From positions 6,246 through 70,245 of the forward strand of contig OZ219900.1 in assembly GCA_964291635.2 (NCBI GenBank): a stretch of 64,000 nucleotides of DNA, read 5' to 3'. Shown piece after piece: positions 10,801 through 18,025 of this stretch (position 1 is the stretch's first letter; every line of letters starts with the position of its first letter). The notes under the pieces are model-generated. The model was not told the DNA's origin and searched no databases. It saw only the letters and a list, made by a program, of their open reading frames with translations. Origin of the DNA: Paracoccaceae bacterium. GTDB taxonomy: Bacteria; Pseudomonadota; Alphaproteobacteria; Rhodobacterales; Rhodobacteraceae. Made by a program: the position numbers and the translations under genes.

Positions 10801-12178
10801 CCAGGCGCGGTCGCCCGTCCCGGGCCGGCAAATCCATCATGGACGAGGTCACCTGCAGCGGCAGCTCATCCCAGTCCATGCTCGGGTTGGGATCCCTGAA
10901 GTGCAGATGCTTCGGGATCACGCCGCGCTGCATCACCAGCACGGCCTTGATCAGGCCGGCGATACCGGCGGCCGATTCCAGATGTCCGAGGTTCGTTTTG
11001 ACGGAACCGACAAGGAGTGGCTGGCCGGCCCCGCGGCCCTTGCCATAAACACTGGCGACGGCATTGATTTCGATCGGGTCACCGACTGCCGTTCCGGTGC
11101 CGTGCGCCTCCAGGTAATCGACGTCTGATGCCGAAACACCGGCCTGAGACAACGCCGTCTCGATCACCTGTTCCAGCGCGGGTTCGTGCGGTACGGTCAA
11201 TCCGATGCTGGCACCGCCATGGTTGACCGCAGAGCCCCGGATCACTCCCCATATCCGGTCGCCGTCGGCTTCCGCGTCGCACAGGCGCTTCAGGACCACG
11301 GCACCGCAGCCTTCGCCACGCACATAGCCGTTCGCAGAGGCGTCGAACGCCTTGCACTGTCCGTCGGGGGACAACATCATCGAATCGGCACGCAGTTCGA
11401 AGATGCGACTGTTCAGAATAGCCTGGACACCGCCGGCAATGGCCAAGTCCGCCTTGCCTTGCTGGAGGTCCGAGACTGCGTCGTGTACCGACACCAGGGA
11501 TGACGCGCAGGCGGCATCTACGGCCTTAGCTGGACCCATGAATCCCAGCACGAATGAAACCCGCCCGCTGGTGCCGTTCAGGTTGGTTCCGCTCAGAGCG
11601 TACAGGGACGCCGCGGCCTCTCCCGGCCTCTCCGAATTCGCGACGAGCATCCGGTACTCGTCGTTGCTGATGCCCGTGTATACGCCGGTCAGACTTTCCC
11701 TGAGCCGATCAGGGTCCATCCCTGCATCCTCGAGCGCCTGCCAGCTCGTCTCCAGCATCATCCGTTGCTGGGGATCGAGCAGTTCGGCCTCGACCGGCGA
11801 GATTCGAAAGAACCCCGCGTCGAACTGATCGATATCATCGACGTAGGCGCAGTAGCGGCAAGCACCTTGCAGGTTCCGGGGGTCGTTGAACAATTCGTCA
11901 AGACGGTCAGGGCCCGAGCCCGGTACGCCGTCCGTCACCGCGTTGCCGCCGGTTTCGAGCAGGCGCCAGAACGAACGAATGTCGGGCGCGCCGGGGAAAC
12001 GGCATGCCATGCCCACGATCGCAACGGGCTCTGCGCGCAGGAGCGTCTCGTCGACCTTGTGGTCCCTGGTCGCCTGGTACTGTTCGGGTCCGTCGCGCTG
12101 CATCTCACTTTCCATCAAATTCCCCGTCTTAGCGCATGCCCCGGACTTGTCCAACCAGAGACAAACGAATCCCGGCAA
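1838..12178 (-). CDS. type I polyketide synthase, KS-AT-DH-CMeT-ER-KR-ACP-KS-AT(like)
   Basis: Uninterrupted 3446-aa ORF (alternative ATG at 12115, MESEMQ...). Motifs read from the translation: KS1 DAACASS (Cys224), EAHGTGT, KTNLGHLE. AT1 GQGSQW, GHSVGE (Ser706), RAFHS. DH HPLLG, LDDHRVFERVIAPGA, LDGCFQ. CMeT VIEVGAGTGS (aa 1514-1523). ER LIHAGAGGVGLAA. KR TYLVTGGLGGIGL. ACP GMDSLMAVEL (Ser2554). KS2 DMTCAASL (Cys2805), EVHGTGS, KTNIGHLE. The C-terminal AT-like region has ASGVGE where GHSxGE is expected. Approximate nt spans: KS1 10745-12028, AT1 9464-10342, DH 8339-9238, CMeT 7229-7861, ER 5474-6436, KR 4904-5452, ACP 4394-4636, KS2 3005-4258, AT-like 1904-2587. Confidence 0.97.
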   Translation of the reverse strand: MPGFVCLWLDKSGACAKTGNLMESEMQRDGPEQYQATRDHKVDETLLRAEPVAIVGMACRFPGAPDIRSFWRLLETGGNAVTDGVPGSGPDRLDELFNDPRNLQGACRYCAYVDDIDQFDAGFFRISPVEAELLDPQQRMMLETSWQALEDAGMDPDRLRESLTGVYTGISNDEYRMLVANSERPGEAAASLYALSGTNLNGTSGRVSFVLGFMGPAKAVDAACASSLVSVHDAVSDLQQGKADLAIAGGVQAILNSRIFELRADSMMLSPDGQCKAFDASANGYVRGEGCGAVVLKRLCDAEADGDRIWGVIRGSAVNHGGASIGLTVPHEPALEQVIETALSQAGVSASDVDYLEAHGTGTAVGDPIEINAVASVYGKGRGAGQPLLVGSVKTNLGHLESAAGIAGLIKAVLVMQRGVIPKHLHFRDPNPSMDWDELPLQVTSSMMDLPARDGRPRLAGVNSFGISGTNVHIVVEEYPASDTAPYDGPWVMGSGQEVVVPPPTVSLDTARHEQTCQERRVRLLPLSGKSVPALREYAKRYLSWLDEQAGEFPAEGGLPAPLLADMAWTASVGRCHFDCRAGLIFDSVGQLRERLGTLAKTDLDATSRAAATVAFAYTGQGSQWAGMGRDLYDHEPVARTVFDRCEDVFLEMRGTSLLDVMFGCSSGEQLGNTAWEQPALYTLECALTAQWASVGIQPDVVLGHSVGEIAAAQAAGVFSLEDGMRFACTRGTLLSETETGAMAAVFAPPEQVVTAITAVNAESAGVGVNIAADNGLHQVVSGPAADVETLSARLELQGVRVRRLNTTRAFHSALVEPALEALQASLDRVSVQPPELTFVSNLTGQAVSDGQLLDGGYWRRHAREPVAFASGARSLADFGVDVILEIGPRSVLAPMASSTWPNSVPAPVVLSSIQPAPAASPAGTGGFSEAVAAAYQSGLPIRFEGLFAGETRRRISVPGYPFQRERYWLRAPKQRRTLEGHPLLGLRRESASGEVTYETELFPTDPEWLDDHRVFERVIAPGALYGTMAASVSLSGTSGPVVVEDMQLHNPMVFAAEVHGDETQAAGRKIQLVLGGPGETEPGSLQILSKGSDEVDWMLHAECRITTGADMPGAVQRADLERLKSELSSLDASTLYQARGTTGIDLGASFRTLGNLWARQGEALGEVSLREGTGRTHAEIHPLVLDGCFQVVAAARIQDSAEDETTYLPFGWERLWLTSDRLPDRVFCHVRMSEAFGEPNAEEGGPAEVLSGELRIYDPDGALLGGLDGYTIKRATRAALFSAIEGVNDLLYEVVWRERPLVPAITSADFLPEPATVARSFMPLADYLEERGVARAHRSALLSDLERWSRTRALWTLEKLGWRRGSGEVVESEDLRQQLGVIDEHKRVFRRLLEMLARSGVLQEDGGRFLVKVGHGDPLPDEIQPDPELFADELAELHPHGATEIGLFRRCGAALPEVLRGGMDPLTLLFSSGYPTPGDLYLNAPIALAANRLLGDAVRALVARLPAGRRLRVIEVGAGTGSATASVLPELPEGNFDYMYTDISAGFFSEAEARFGDGGGCIEYRPLNIEKDPVAQGFDAHAYDLIIASNVLHATRYLDETLAHCLTLLAPSGQMVALENLRGQGWMDLTFGQLDGWWRFADDYRPHHALASPDVWCRALDDAGFDAAEILGLDASQPDEMPDRGVIVAKGPDEVSEAPGTWVLVADSGCTAEGLANALAARNQTVLVVSDSSGDRKESGADSVIAASTDVRRRESWQALLDDLPGAAPFYGIVHLAALDGHGREATARDIEQDIQHAGASALALVQGVADSDRIPEKGVWFITRGAQVLERETQGALAGAALWGFGKAVAREAAHLMPRMIDLDPTVPAHATDLVDELMYPDSENHIAWRQGSRQAARLVRTGDGPERLDLPTEKTWVLTPDPTGVFERPCVKLLPGLPLEGREVRVAVEAAGLNFWDVFRSLGFIEEGNLGREMCGHVVGVGSEVTNVSVGDRVVGLGFGAFAAEMVTHEELVAPAPPGIPGTDLATVPSAYVSAALSYELSGLEAGDRVLIHAGAGGVGLAAIRLAQAAGAEVFATASAPKQAYLRSLGVKHVFDSRQTGFGEEILDATNGAGVTVVLNSLTSEGFIDASLSCLAQDGRFVELARRDILSEEEMAAVRPDVTYAILELDVLKKTDPAWVGRVLRDVVARLAAGELKPLVHSRWPLAEAGAALRFMRSARHLGKIVVATQPLVSGRLREDRTYLVTGGLGGIGLAVAEWLADLGAGTIVLNGRRPPDEAAQEAIRALEDAGATIRVELADVSNVAAVDEMLARMDKELPPLAGVIHSVGVLSDGALTNQNWEKFETVLRPKILGAWHLHRVTADRDLDLFILFSSRVGVMGNPGQANHASANAFLDQLAGHRRSLGLPGQAIAWGAWSEIGEAAEQKDRIERQRSALGGRWFTPQQGIRALDRLVRQDVTTSVVMAMDWSVFEEAVEDRPAFLEDLLSPVAEDSIDAGVSTEDLLVRLATADAREREDLLVTFLQQELQAVLRLPSAPAPNVGFFDLGMDSLMAVELRNRLNRAFAGTCKVSNTVVFDYPEIQTLARHLDGELGEVDPEATPQEQPAPGPWPVPQAQSFPPAELAPERPGGAQSDQERIAIVGMACRFPGAPDLSSYWRQLKAGADAVTDGRRDDGPWSGVVGDPVAEEATIRRGGFLQGLDRFDAKFFGIQPIEARMMDPRQRMLLETSWHALEDAGIDPGPLKGSRTGVFAGLGSSEYRDLIAAAGRDDSYLGTAASVAIGRVAFSFGLMGPAVPLDMTCAASLVAIHQASASLRQREVDLALAGGVHIVLSPAVMRFMREYRMLSRTGFCRTFDADADGFVRGEGCGVVVMKRLSDAEQDGDRIWGIVQGSAVNQNGAAAALTVPNGIAQERLYEEALAQAGIAPRDLDYIEVHGTGSELGDPIEVRAVATVYGREREAERPLLLGTVKTNIGHLESAAGVAGLIKVLLSMRHGVIPKHLHFNNPNPHVEWAELPVRVTAEETAWPPATGRQPTAGISAFGISGTNAHLIVEGHSAIGDDSTGNGAHRSPVGPTKRVPIRLPEFLKDMKLADDGHKPRRVRLLPLSGKSSSALKELADLYLGWLDEHLEDVSSDDDAGTSHLADMAWTAAIGRSHLEHRAGVVFEDAPTLREGLARITDNGGIVKPQGRGKPAFVFAGEAGDWASRGQELYESEPAARAVIDRCDAALREKRGISLLDAISGQAEVADDPLPVQAAAYALQCAVTVLWSSLGISPGAVCASGVGEIAAAQAAGVFDLEAGMLLAARRGEMTGADCGDLDPGDVDSFLEDLSFAPARMPLLDGTTGRMIQSGATPDRSTWSASVFRRAELSGTPAMLAGLDEMTLVEIGPGGEGGHVRSVAQVYEAGHVLDFTGLFTGEARRRISVPGYPFQRRSFWFDKT

Positions 12179-12379
12179 TCTCCGCTGAGGAATTGATCGT
12201 TGGTCGGTTGCGGTATTCGACGCATCTCAGGCCGCGTTTGTTTCTGTTGGATGAAGCGGACCGTCAGGCCTTGGTGTTCGGGGTTCGGTTGGGTCATTGG
12301 AACCGTGTCTCTCCATGCCTGGTACTCAACGGTTTTCGAAAACGAGTGGAACCGTCCGGTCTTTCCTTGAATTGCCCCA

Positions 12380-13100
12380 GTCATGGACAAGCGCTATCGG
12401 TCATACTGATCTCTGTCTTCCCGAGTGTGCAGGCAACGACGCAGGAGAACAACCATTTTTCCTGACTGGTGCGATCAAGCAGGGATGTGACCGGACGCAT
12501 AGACGCAGGACCTGTGCCGCGCATGTTTGCGGTAGGGACGCCGGCTTCCCCGAATCCTCCAGCGGCACGGAAGCATGCCCGGGGTTTTCGGCAATTTCGT
12601 TTGGTCATGGCACTCCGGGCTGTATCAGGGAACTGTTGACTGCCACGCCGGGCATCGCCGGCATCGCTGTGAACCTACCGCTCCGGGTCGGAATGACCGC
12701 AAGGAACTCCACGGCCTTCGACAGAGCAGAGAAATCGAAATCTGCCCCAGGTGAATGTGGCGCGGTTCTGCCATTTCAATGACGCACGGCACCGAATGGC
12801 CGCGAAAACGCCCGACGTGACCCCGTTTCGAAGGAATCCAGCGGCGAATTCGGAAACGGCATCACGCAAGGCCAGGTCAAGCCCGGGCACCGCTCATTTC
12901 CGATGTGGGGCGTGACCTCCAGCGGCCCGACCATCATCGTTTCTCCTGTGCCGCGGTCGTCGGCCAGCATGAATTGCACGGCTGGCGCGGCAGTATCTCT
13001 CCGCGGACGCGATAGATCCCGTGCGCCGGTGGCCCGAGCCGAGCTGAATGGCAAGACGGATGCGTAAAGCGGTCACCCCTCACGGTTAGGTCCCTTCCGT
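12380..13100 (-). pseudogene. decayed tandem paralogue of the 3' third of the permease gene at 13286-15055
   Basis: Frame-hopping fragments on the minus strand match the intact gene. LRIRLAIQLGSG vs GMRVAIQDGVD. FAAGFLRNGVTSGVFAAI vs FAGGLLQNGVTSGGVVAIL. ADFDFSALSKAVEFLAVIPTRSGRF vs ADFDFSILPEIREFLAAFATRSGWR. VVLLRRCLHTREDRDQY vs ISLRLLRWLSASVRHQRY. There are several stops and frameshifts and no intact ORF. Confidence 0.5.
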
Positions 13101-13285
13101 CGTCCTCCCGGGAGCGCCCAAGCCGTGCGCAGCAACAGGACTGCCCGCACAAGCGCCCGCCGGGGCCGCCGTTCCGACTATCGGAAGACTTCGCGGGGCA
13201 CCAAGACGCTGAAGTTCACCGCCCGGTACTTTCCAACACGTCGCATGGACAAACTTCGTGTGACGAGATGCACTCATGCTGGTGT

Positions 13286-15055
13286 TCAGCTCTTCGAATC
13301 CGGTGCCGCAACGCGGACGGTGACAATGTCCGATTCGTGATAACGCTGATGTCGAACCGACGCGGAAAGCCAGCGCAGAAGCCGCAACGAAATCTCGCTC
13401 TCGGCGGGCGAGTCGCCCGGATCATCGCCGATAGCCATGAGGCGATCCTGGATGTTGCCGTCCCCCGCAGCAACGGTGAACTCGAGAACGGCCGTATCGC
13501 CTTCCTGGTGGGCGGAAATGCGCAGCTGCCGTCGTTTGCGTCCCTCTCCGGCGTCCTCCCCGTCCTGGAAAAGCGACAGAAGCGTCTCTTCGCAGGCCGC
13601 GTTGAGCCGCTCGGACATCTCCACTCTCCACCCGCTCCGGGTCGCAAAGGCCGCGAGAAACTCCCTGATTTCCGGCAGGATGGAGAAATCGAAATCCGCC
13701 TTGAAGTGGCTCCGGCGCGATCTTGTCATTTCCACGAAAAGCGTCATCAAAATGGCCACGACTCCGCCCGACGTTACGCCGTTCTGCAGGAGACCGCCGG
13801 CAAATCCCGTGACCTGTTCGGGAAATACCATGTTGTTCTGAAAGCCGACGCCGACCCAGAACGACAGCCCGACAATCACGTTTTTCCGGTTGTCGACCCC
13901 ATCCTGAATGGCGACTCTCATCCCGACCGTGAAAAGCATCGCGAGCAGCACGCCGAGATATCCTGCGACCACCGGTCCGGGAATCGCGAGTACGACGGCC
14001 AGAACCTTCGGAAAGAAGGCCATGGCGATGAAAATCATGCCGGCCGCGATGCCGACGCTACGTGCCGCAACCCCCGTGAGGTCGGCCACTGACGCACCCA
14101 CCGTTGTGGCTGCGTTCGGAACCGTTCCGGCAAAACCGGAAAGCAGGTTTCCCAGGCCATCGACCGTGATCGCTCCCTGGACAGCGCGAAAATCCACCGC
14201 CCGCTTCCTGCGCCACGAGACGTGCTGGATGGCGACGGCGCCGCTGATCGTTCGGATGGAAGCTATCGCGCCCACGAGCAGGAATGCCGGCAGAAGTGCC
14301 CAGAAAGCCGGTCCGAACTCGAGATCGAATCCCGCCCATTCGCCCGCCGGAAACCCGATCCACGGCGCATCGAGCACGCGGTTCACGTCGTACAGGCCGA
14401 ACGTGGCGGCAACGACCGAGCCGACGACGACACCCACTATCGATGCCCAAAGGCGGAGCGCGCCCGTGGCCTTCAGCGCGATCCCGGCGATGACGAGCAC
14501 TGTCGAGAGAGCGCACAACGGCGGCACCACCGCCGGGGTCCCTGGCGGCACCGCAGAAAGCAGATCGAACACGGCCGGCATTACCGTGACCGGGATCAGC
14601 ATGAGTACGGTGCCCGAAACCGTAGGCGTCAGCAGCCGCTGAAACAGCGAGAGCCGGGCGGCCAGCACGATGGGTACGAACGAGGAGACGACGACCAGTG
14701 TTGCCAACAACTCCGGACCCCCTTCCCGGACGGCAGAGATGCAAACCGCGATGAAGGAACCGGTCGCTCCCATGATGATCACATAGCCCGATCCGATCCT
14801 CCCGATCCGGAATGCCTGTAGCATCGTCGTCGCACCACAGACTGCAACTGTCGCGAACACGGCCCAGGAAAGATAGCTCTCGCCCGCACCGCCTGCGCGC
14901 ATCACGATCGTCGGGACCAGTATGATGCCGGCGATGGTAAGCACGGCTATTTGCAAGCCGAGACCGAATGACAGGGCAGGTGCCGGCGTTTCGTCAGGCT
15001 GGTAGCGGATCCCGGGGCCGCTGGCCGCAACGGTGCTCACGGAGTATCTCCGCAC
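13286..15055 (-). CDS. NCS2 (xanthine/uracil/vitamin C permease family) transporter with C-terminal RsbW/SpoIIAB-like (HATPase-like) domain
   Basis: 589 aa. Residues about 20-455 are a multi-TM NCS2-like core (LGLQIAVLTIAG..., NAATTVGASVADLTGVAARSVGIAAG..., PGPVVAGYLGVLL). Residues about 458-589 are soluble and align by eye with anti-sigma-factor kinases (see findings). Confidence 0.85.
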   Translation of the reverse strand: MRRYSVSTVAASGPGIRYQPDETPAPALSFGLGLQIAVLTIAGIILVPTIVMRAGGAGESYLSWAVFATVAVCGATTMLQAFRIGRIGSGYVIIMGATGSFIAVCISAVREGGPELLATLVVVSSFVPIVLAARLSLFQRLLTPTVSGTVLMLIPVTVMPAVFDLLSAVPPGTPAVVPPLCALSTVLVIAGIALKATGALRLWASIVGVVVGSVVAATFGLYDVNRVLDAPWIGFPAGEWAGFDLEFGPAFWALLPAFLLVGAIASIRTISGAVAIQHVSWRRKRAVDFRAVQGAITVDGLGNLLSGFAGTVPNAATTVGASVADLTGVAARSVGIAAGMIFIAMAFFPKVLAVVLAIPGPVVAGYLGVLLAMLFTVGMRVAIQDGVDNRKNVIVGLSFWVGVGFQNNMVFPEQVTGFAGGLLQNGVTSGGVVAILMTLFVEMTRSRRSHFKADFDFSILPEIREFLAAFATRSGWRVEMSERLNAACEETLLSLFQDGEDAGEGRKRRQLRISAHQEGDTAVLEFTVAAGDGNIQDRLMAIGDDPGDSPAESEISLRLLRWLSASVRHQRYHESDIVTVRVAAPDSKS

Positions 15056-15694
15056 AAAATGTCCATCTGAATTCCGTAACTCCTACGACACCGCGTGGAT
15101 CATCCTCGGCGTAACGGACATTGCGGTCCCGCAAAACTGCCTCATCCGATTCCGTCATGCAACCATGTGCCGTCGGGATCCTGATTTCGACGGTTGTTTT
15201 GCGGTTTGCACGACATTTGATACCGGCGGGTACTTCTGGCTCGACCGGATTTCGGCCCCATGTCGACCGGGCGCAGCATTGTCGCCGGTTGAGTGCCGTT
15301 GCCACGGATCCGGATCTTGCCGGCCTGCCAGTCGCTGTCGTCGAGCCGTATGGCGATTTCACATTTTGGACATTCCGTTGAGGCTTCTGCATGGCATGGC
15401 GGAATTTGCCGATGCACGGGCAAGATTTCCTCGACGTCCCGATTGTCCTCACCGGGATCGGGATTCCTTGAAACCTGGAAAATTCCGTGCCGGTCGAAAA
15501 TATCAATCTTTTCCAGTCGTCTCTTGCGGAAAGCACGAAGCGAGGACCAGGTCTGGCCGTGCCTCATTCCGAAAAGCCGTCGCCAACGACATCGATTGAA
15601 GGTATACGGATCAGCAAATCCGAGGATAATACGGACCAGGTTCAGCGACGCCGTCCGGCGTTCGATCCTGGATCGTCAACGAGGGACCGGTACC

Positions 15695-16627
15695 ATGCCC
15701 CGTCAACGCCGCACCGTCATAACCTGTGCCATAACCGGTGCGATTCACACGCCGACGATGTCGGACGCCTTGCCATTGACCTATGATGACATTGCGACGC
15801 ATGCGATCGGGGCCGCCGAAGCCGGCGCGTCGATATTGCATCTCCACGCAAGGAATCCCCGGGATGGGTCTCCGTCAGTCGATCCGGACGATTTCACTCC
15901 ATTCCTGCAACGCATCAAGCAAGCCAGCGACTCGGTCGTGAATATTTCGACGGGCGGGTCACTTTCTCTGTCGATCAAGGACCGGATCAAGCCGGCAAGA
16001 CAGTTTGAACCCGAAATGTGCTCGCTGAACATGGGTAGTTTCAACTTTGCCTTTCATCAACTGGCCGGGCGTTACGAGACCTGGAAGTACGACTGGGAAA
16101 AAGCCTACGTTGAGGGATCGGAAGCAAATATCTTTCGAAACACCTTTCGCGACATACGCGAGGCTGCCGAAGCGCTTGCCCCGCTCGGGATCAAGTTTGA
16201 ACATGAATGCTACGACGTCGGCCATCTCTACAATTTGAAGTTCTGCATGGATTCCGGGCTATTCCATCCGCCAGTGTTCATCCAGTTCATCTTCGGGATC
16301 CTCGGAGGAATCGGAGCCGAAATCGACAATCTCGTTTTCATGAAACGGACGGCGGACCGCCTGTTTGGCGACTCCTATCGCTGGTCGGTGCTCGGGGCGG
16401 GAGGCGCTCAGATGCCTTTGGCAACCACTGCCAGCCAAATGGGAGGTCATGTTCGGGTCGGACTGGAAGACAGCCTGTATATTGCCCGGGGCAAGCTGGC
16501 AAAGAGCAACGCCGAGCAGGTTGCCAAGATCCGCAGAATCGTCGAGGACCTTGGCTGCCAACCGGCGACCCCGGACGAAGCAAGGGAAATCCTTGGACTG
16601 AAAGGGGGCGACCGGGTCGCATTCTGA
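15695..16627 (+). CDS. BKACE family enzyme (3-keto-5-aminohexanoate cleavage enzyme-like, DUF849)
   Basis: MPRQRRTVITCAITGAIHTPTMSDALPLTYDDIATHAIGAAEAGASILHLHARNPRDGSPS... is the typical BKACE N-terminus. The track ORF opens at 15293, but ATG 15695 gives the family-typical length of about 310 aa. Confidence 0.85.
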   Translation: MPRQRRTVITCAITGAIHTPTMSDALPLTYDDIATHAIGAAEAGASILHLHARNPRDGSPSVDPDDFTPFLQRIKQASDSVVNISTGGSLSLSIKDRIKPARQFEPEMCSLNMGSFNFAFHQLAGRYETWKYDWEKAYVEGSEANIFRNTFRDIREAAEALAPLGIKFEHECYDVGHLYNLKFCMDSGLFHPPVFIQFIFGILGGIGAEIDNLVFMKRTADRLFGDSYRWSVLGAGGAQMPLATTASQMGGHVRVGLEDSLYIARGKLAKSNAEQVAKIRRIVEDLGCQPATPDEAREILGLKGGDRVAF

Positions 16628-16799
16628 GAACGCCGGGCTGCGCATTGTTTGCAGCTCGTTCCGATCGCGAACAGCCGTTCCAGGACGTTTCGCAAAGGTG
16701 ATCGATTCCGTCATCCGCCAATGAAAAACTGACGGAATCGAAGCTGACTTCGCGGTGTGCGCGGCCGTTACTGCATGCGCTCGTCATCGTGTGACCGCC

Positions 16800-17861
16800 T
16801 CACGATCGATCAAGTCCTGCGACGGCCAATTTGGCCAAAACCGGAATCGCTTTCGACAACTCGAAGGCCTTTTCGGGATTGGATGCGTTTCCTCGAATGG
16901 CCCGGCTCCGGACACCGGCAAGGATTGCCGCCAGCCGAAACAGGCTGAAGATCGTGTGAAAGGTCCAGTCCGCAGGAAAGCCCATGGCCATCCGGGAGCA
17001 GTATTGCTCCACGATCTCTTCTTCCTCCGGAATCCCGGCCGATCTCCGGTCGACCCCTGCCAATCCGCGCATGAAGAACCCCTCGTTCGGAAGGCGTTGT
17101 TGGGCACACAGGTTCGCCAGGTCGGAAACCGGGTGACCAAGTGTCGACAATTCCCAGTCGAGAACCGCAGTGACTTCGGGACGACCTGCGTGGAAGATCA
17201 CATTGTCGATGCGGAAATCGCCGTGAACAATGCTGGCCAATCCGTCGTCCGACGGGACATTTTCCTCCAACCACGGAATGACCTGGTCCAGCATAGGCTC
17301 CGGCGCCTCCTCGGCCTTCCGGTACAGCGAAATCCACAAGGCTGCCTGGCGCTCGATGTACCCTCGCGGCCTGCCGAAGTCGGACAGTCCGACTGAATCG
17401 GGGTCGACGGAATGGAGCCTCGCCAGGGTCCGAACCATGTCGGAATAGACCTGGCTGCGTTCCACGGCGGGAAGTTCAGGGAGCGCCGGGTTCCAGAAAA
17501 CCCGGCCCTCTACATGCCTCATCACGAAAAACTGCCGACCGAGCGGATTGTCCTCCCCGCTCAGAAAGACGGTCTCCGGAACAGCGACGTCACCAGCGGA
17601 AAGCGCACGCAAGACCCTGAACTCGCGGTCAACGCGATGCGCGGAACGGACGAGCTTTCCGGGCGGTCTTGCCCGCAAGACGAACGAACCCCCGGAACCG
17701 GAGATCAGGTAAGTCGGATTCGACTGGCCATCCGGGAACTTCCGGCTTCCCGTATATGTGCCCAGCCCGGTGACGCGGGCTTCCAGGTACGGGCCGATTT
17801 CCGGTGGCAGCGTGTGCTCGACCTGATGCTCTCCCGTGGCGTCCGAGGGTTGTCGAATCAT
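16800..17861 (-). CDS. phosphotransferase (APH/ChoK-like kinase) family protein, ACAD10/11-associated type
   Basis: 353 aa with the motifs FPDGQSNPTYLISG, VLRARPPGKL, HGDFRIDNVIFH and VLDWELSTLGHP, typical of aminoglycoside-phosphotransferase-fold kinases. Confidence 0.85.
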   Translation of the reverse strand: MIRQPSDATGEHQVEHTLPPEIGPYLEARVTGLGTYTGSRKFPDGQSNPTYLISGSGGSFVLRARPPGKLVRSAHRVDREFRVLRALSAGDVAVPETVFLSGEDNPLGRQFFVMRHVEGRVFWNPALPELPAVERSQVYSDMVRTLARLHSVDPDSVGLSDFGRPRGYIERQAALWISLYRKAEEAPEPMLDQVIPWLEENVPSDDGLASIVHGDFRIDNVIFHAGRPEVTAVLDWELSTLGHPVSDLANLCAQQRLPNEGFFMRGLAGVDRRSAGIPEEEEIVEQYCSRMAMGFPADWTFHTIFSLFRLAAILAGVRSRAIRGNASNPEKAFELSKAIPVLAKLAVAGLDRS

Positions 17862-18025
17862 TGCATCATCGCGGGGATTCGGGATTCGTCAACGCGATTT
17901 CGGGATCACGCGCGGGTACTTCAGGCACAAGGCTCAGACCTGAACCCGAAACGAATTTGCCCGTCGGGTGCCGCTCCGATCCTGACGTTGCCAATGAGCA
18001 TGATGTTCCGCCGCGCGTCCGCCTG

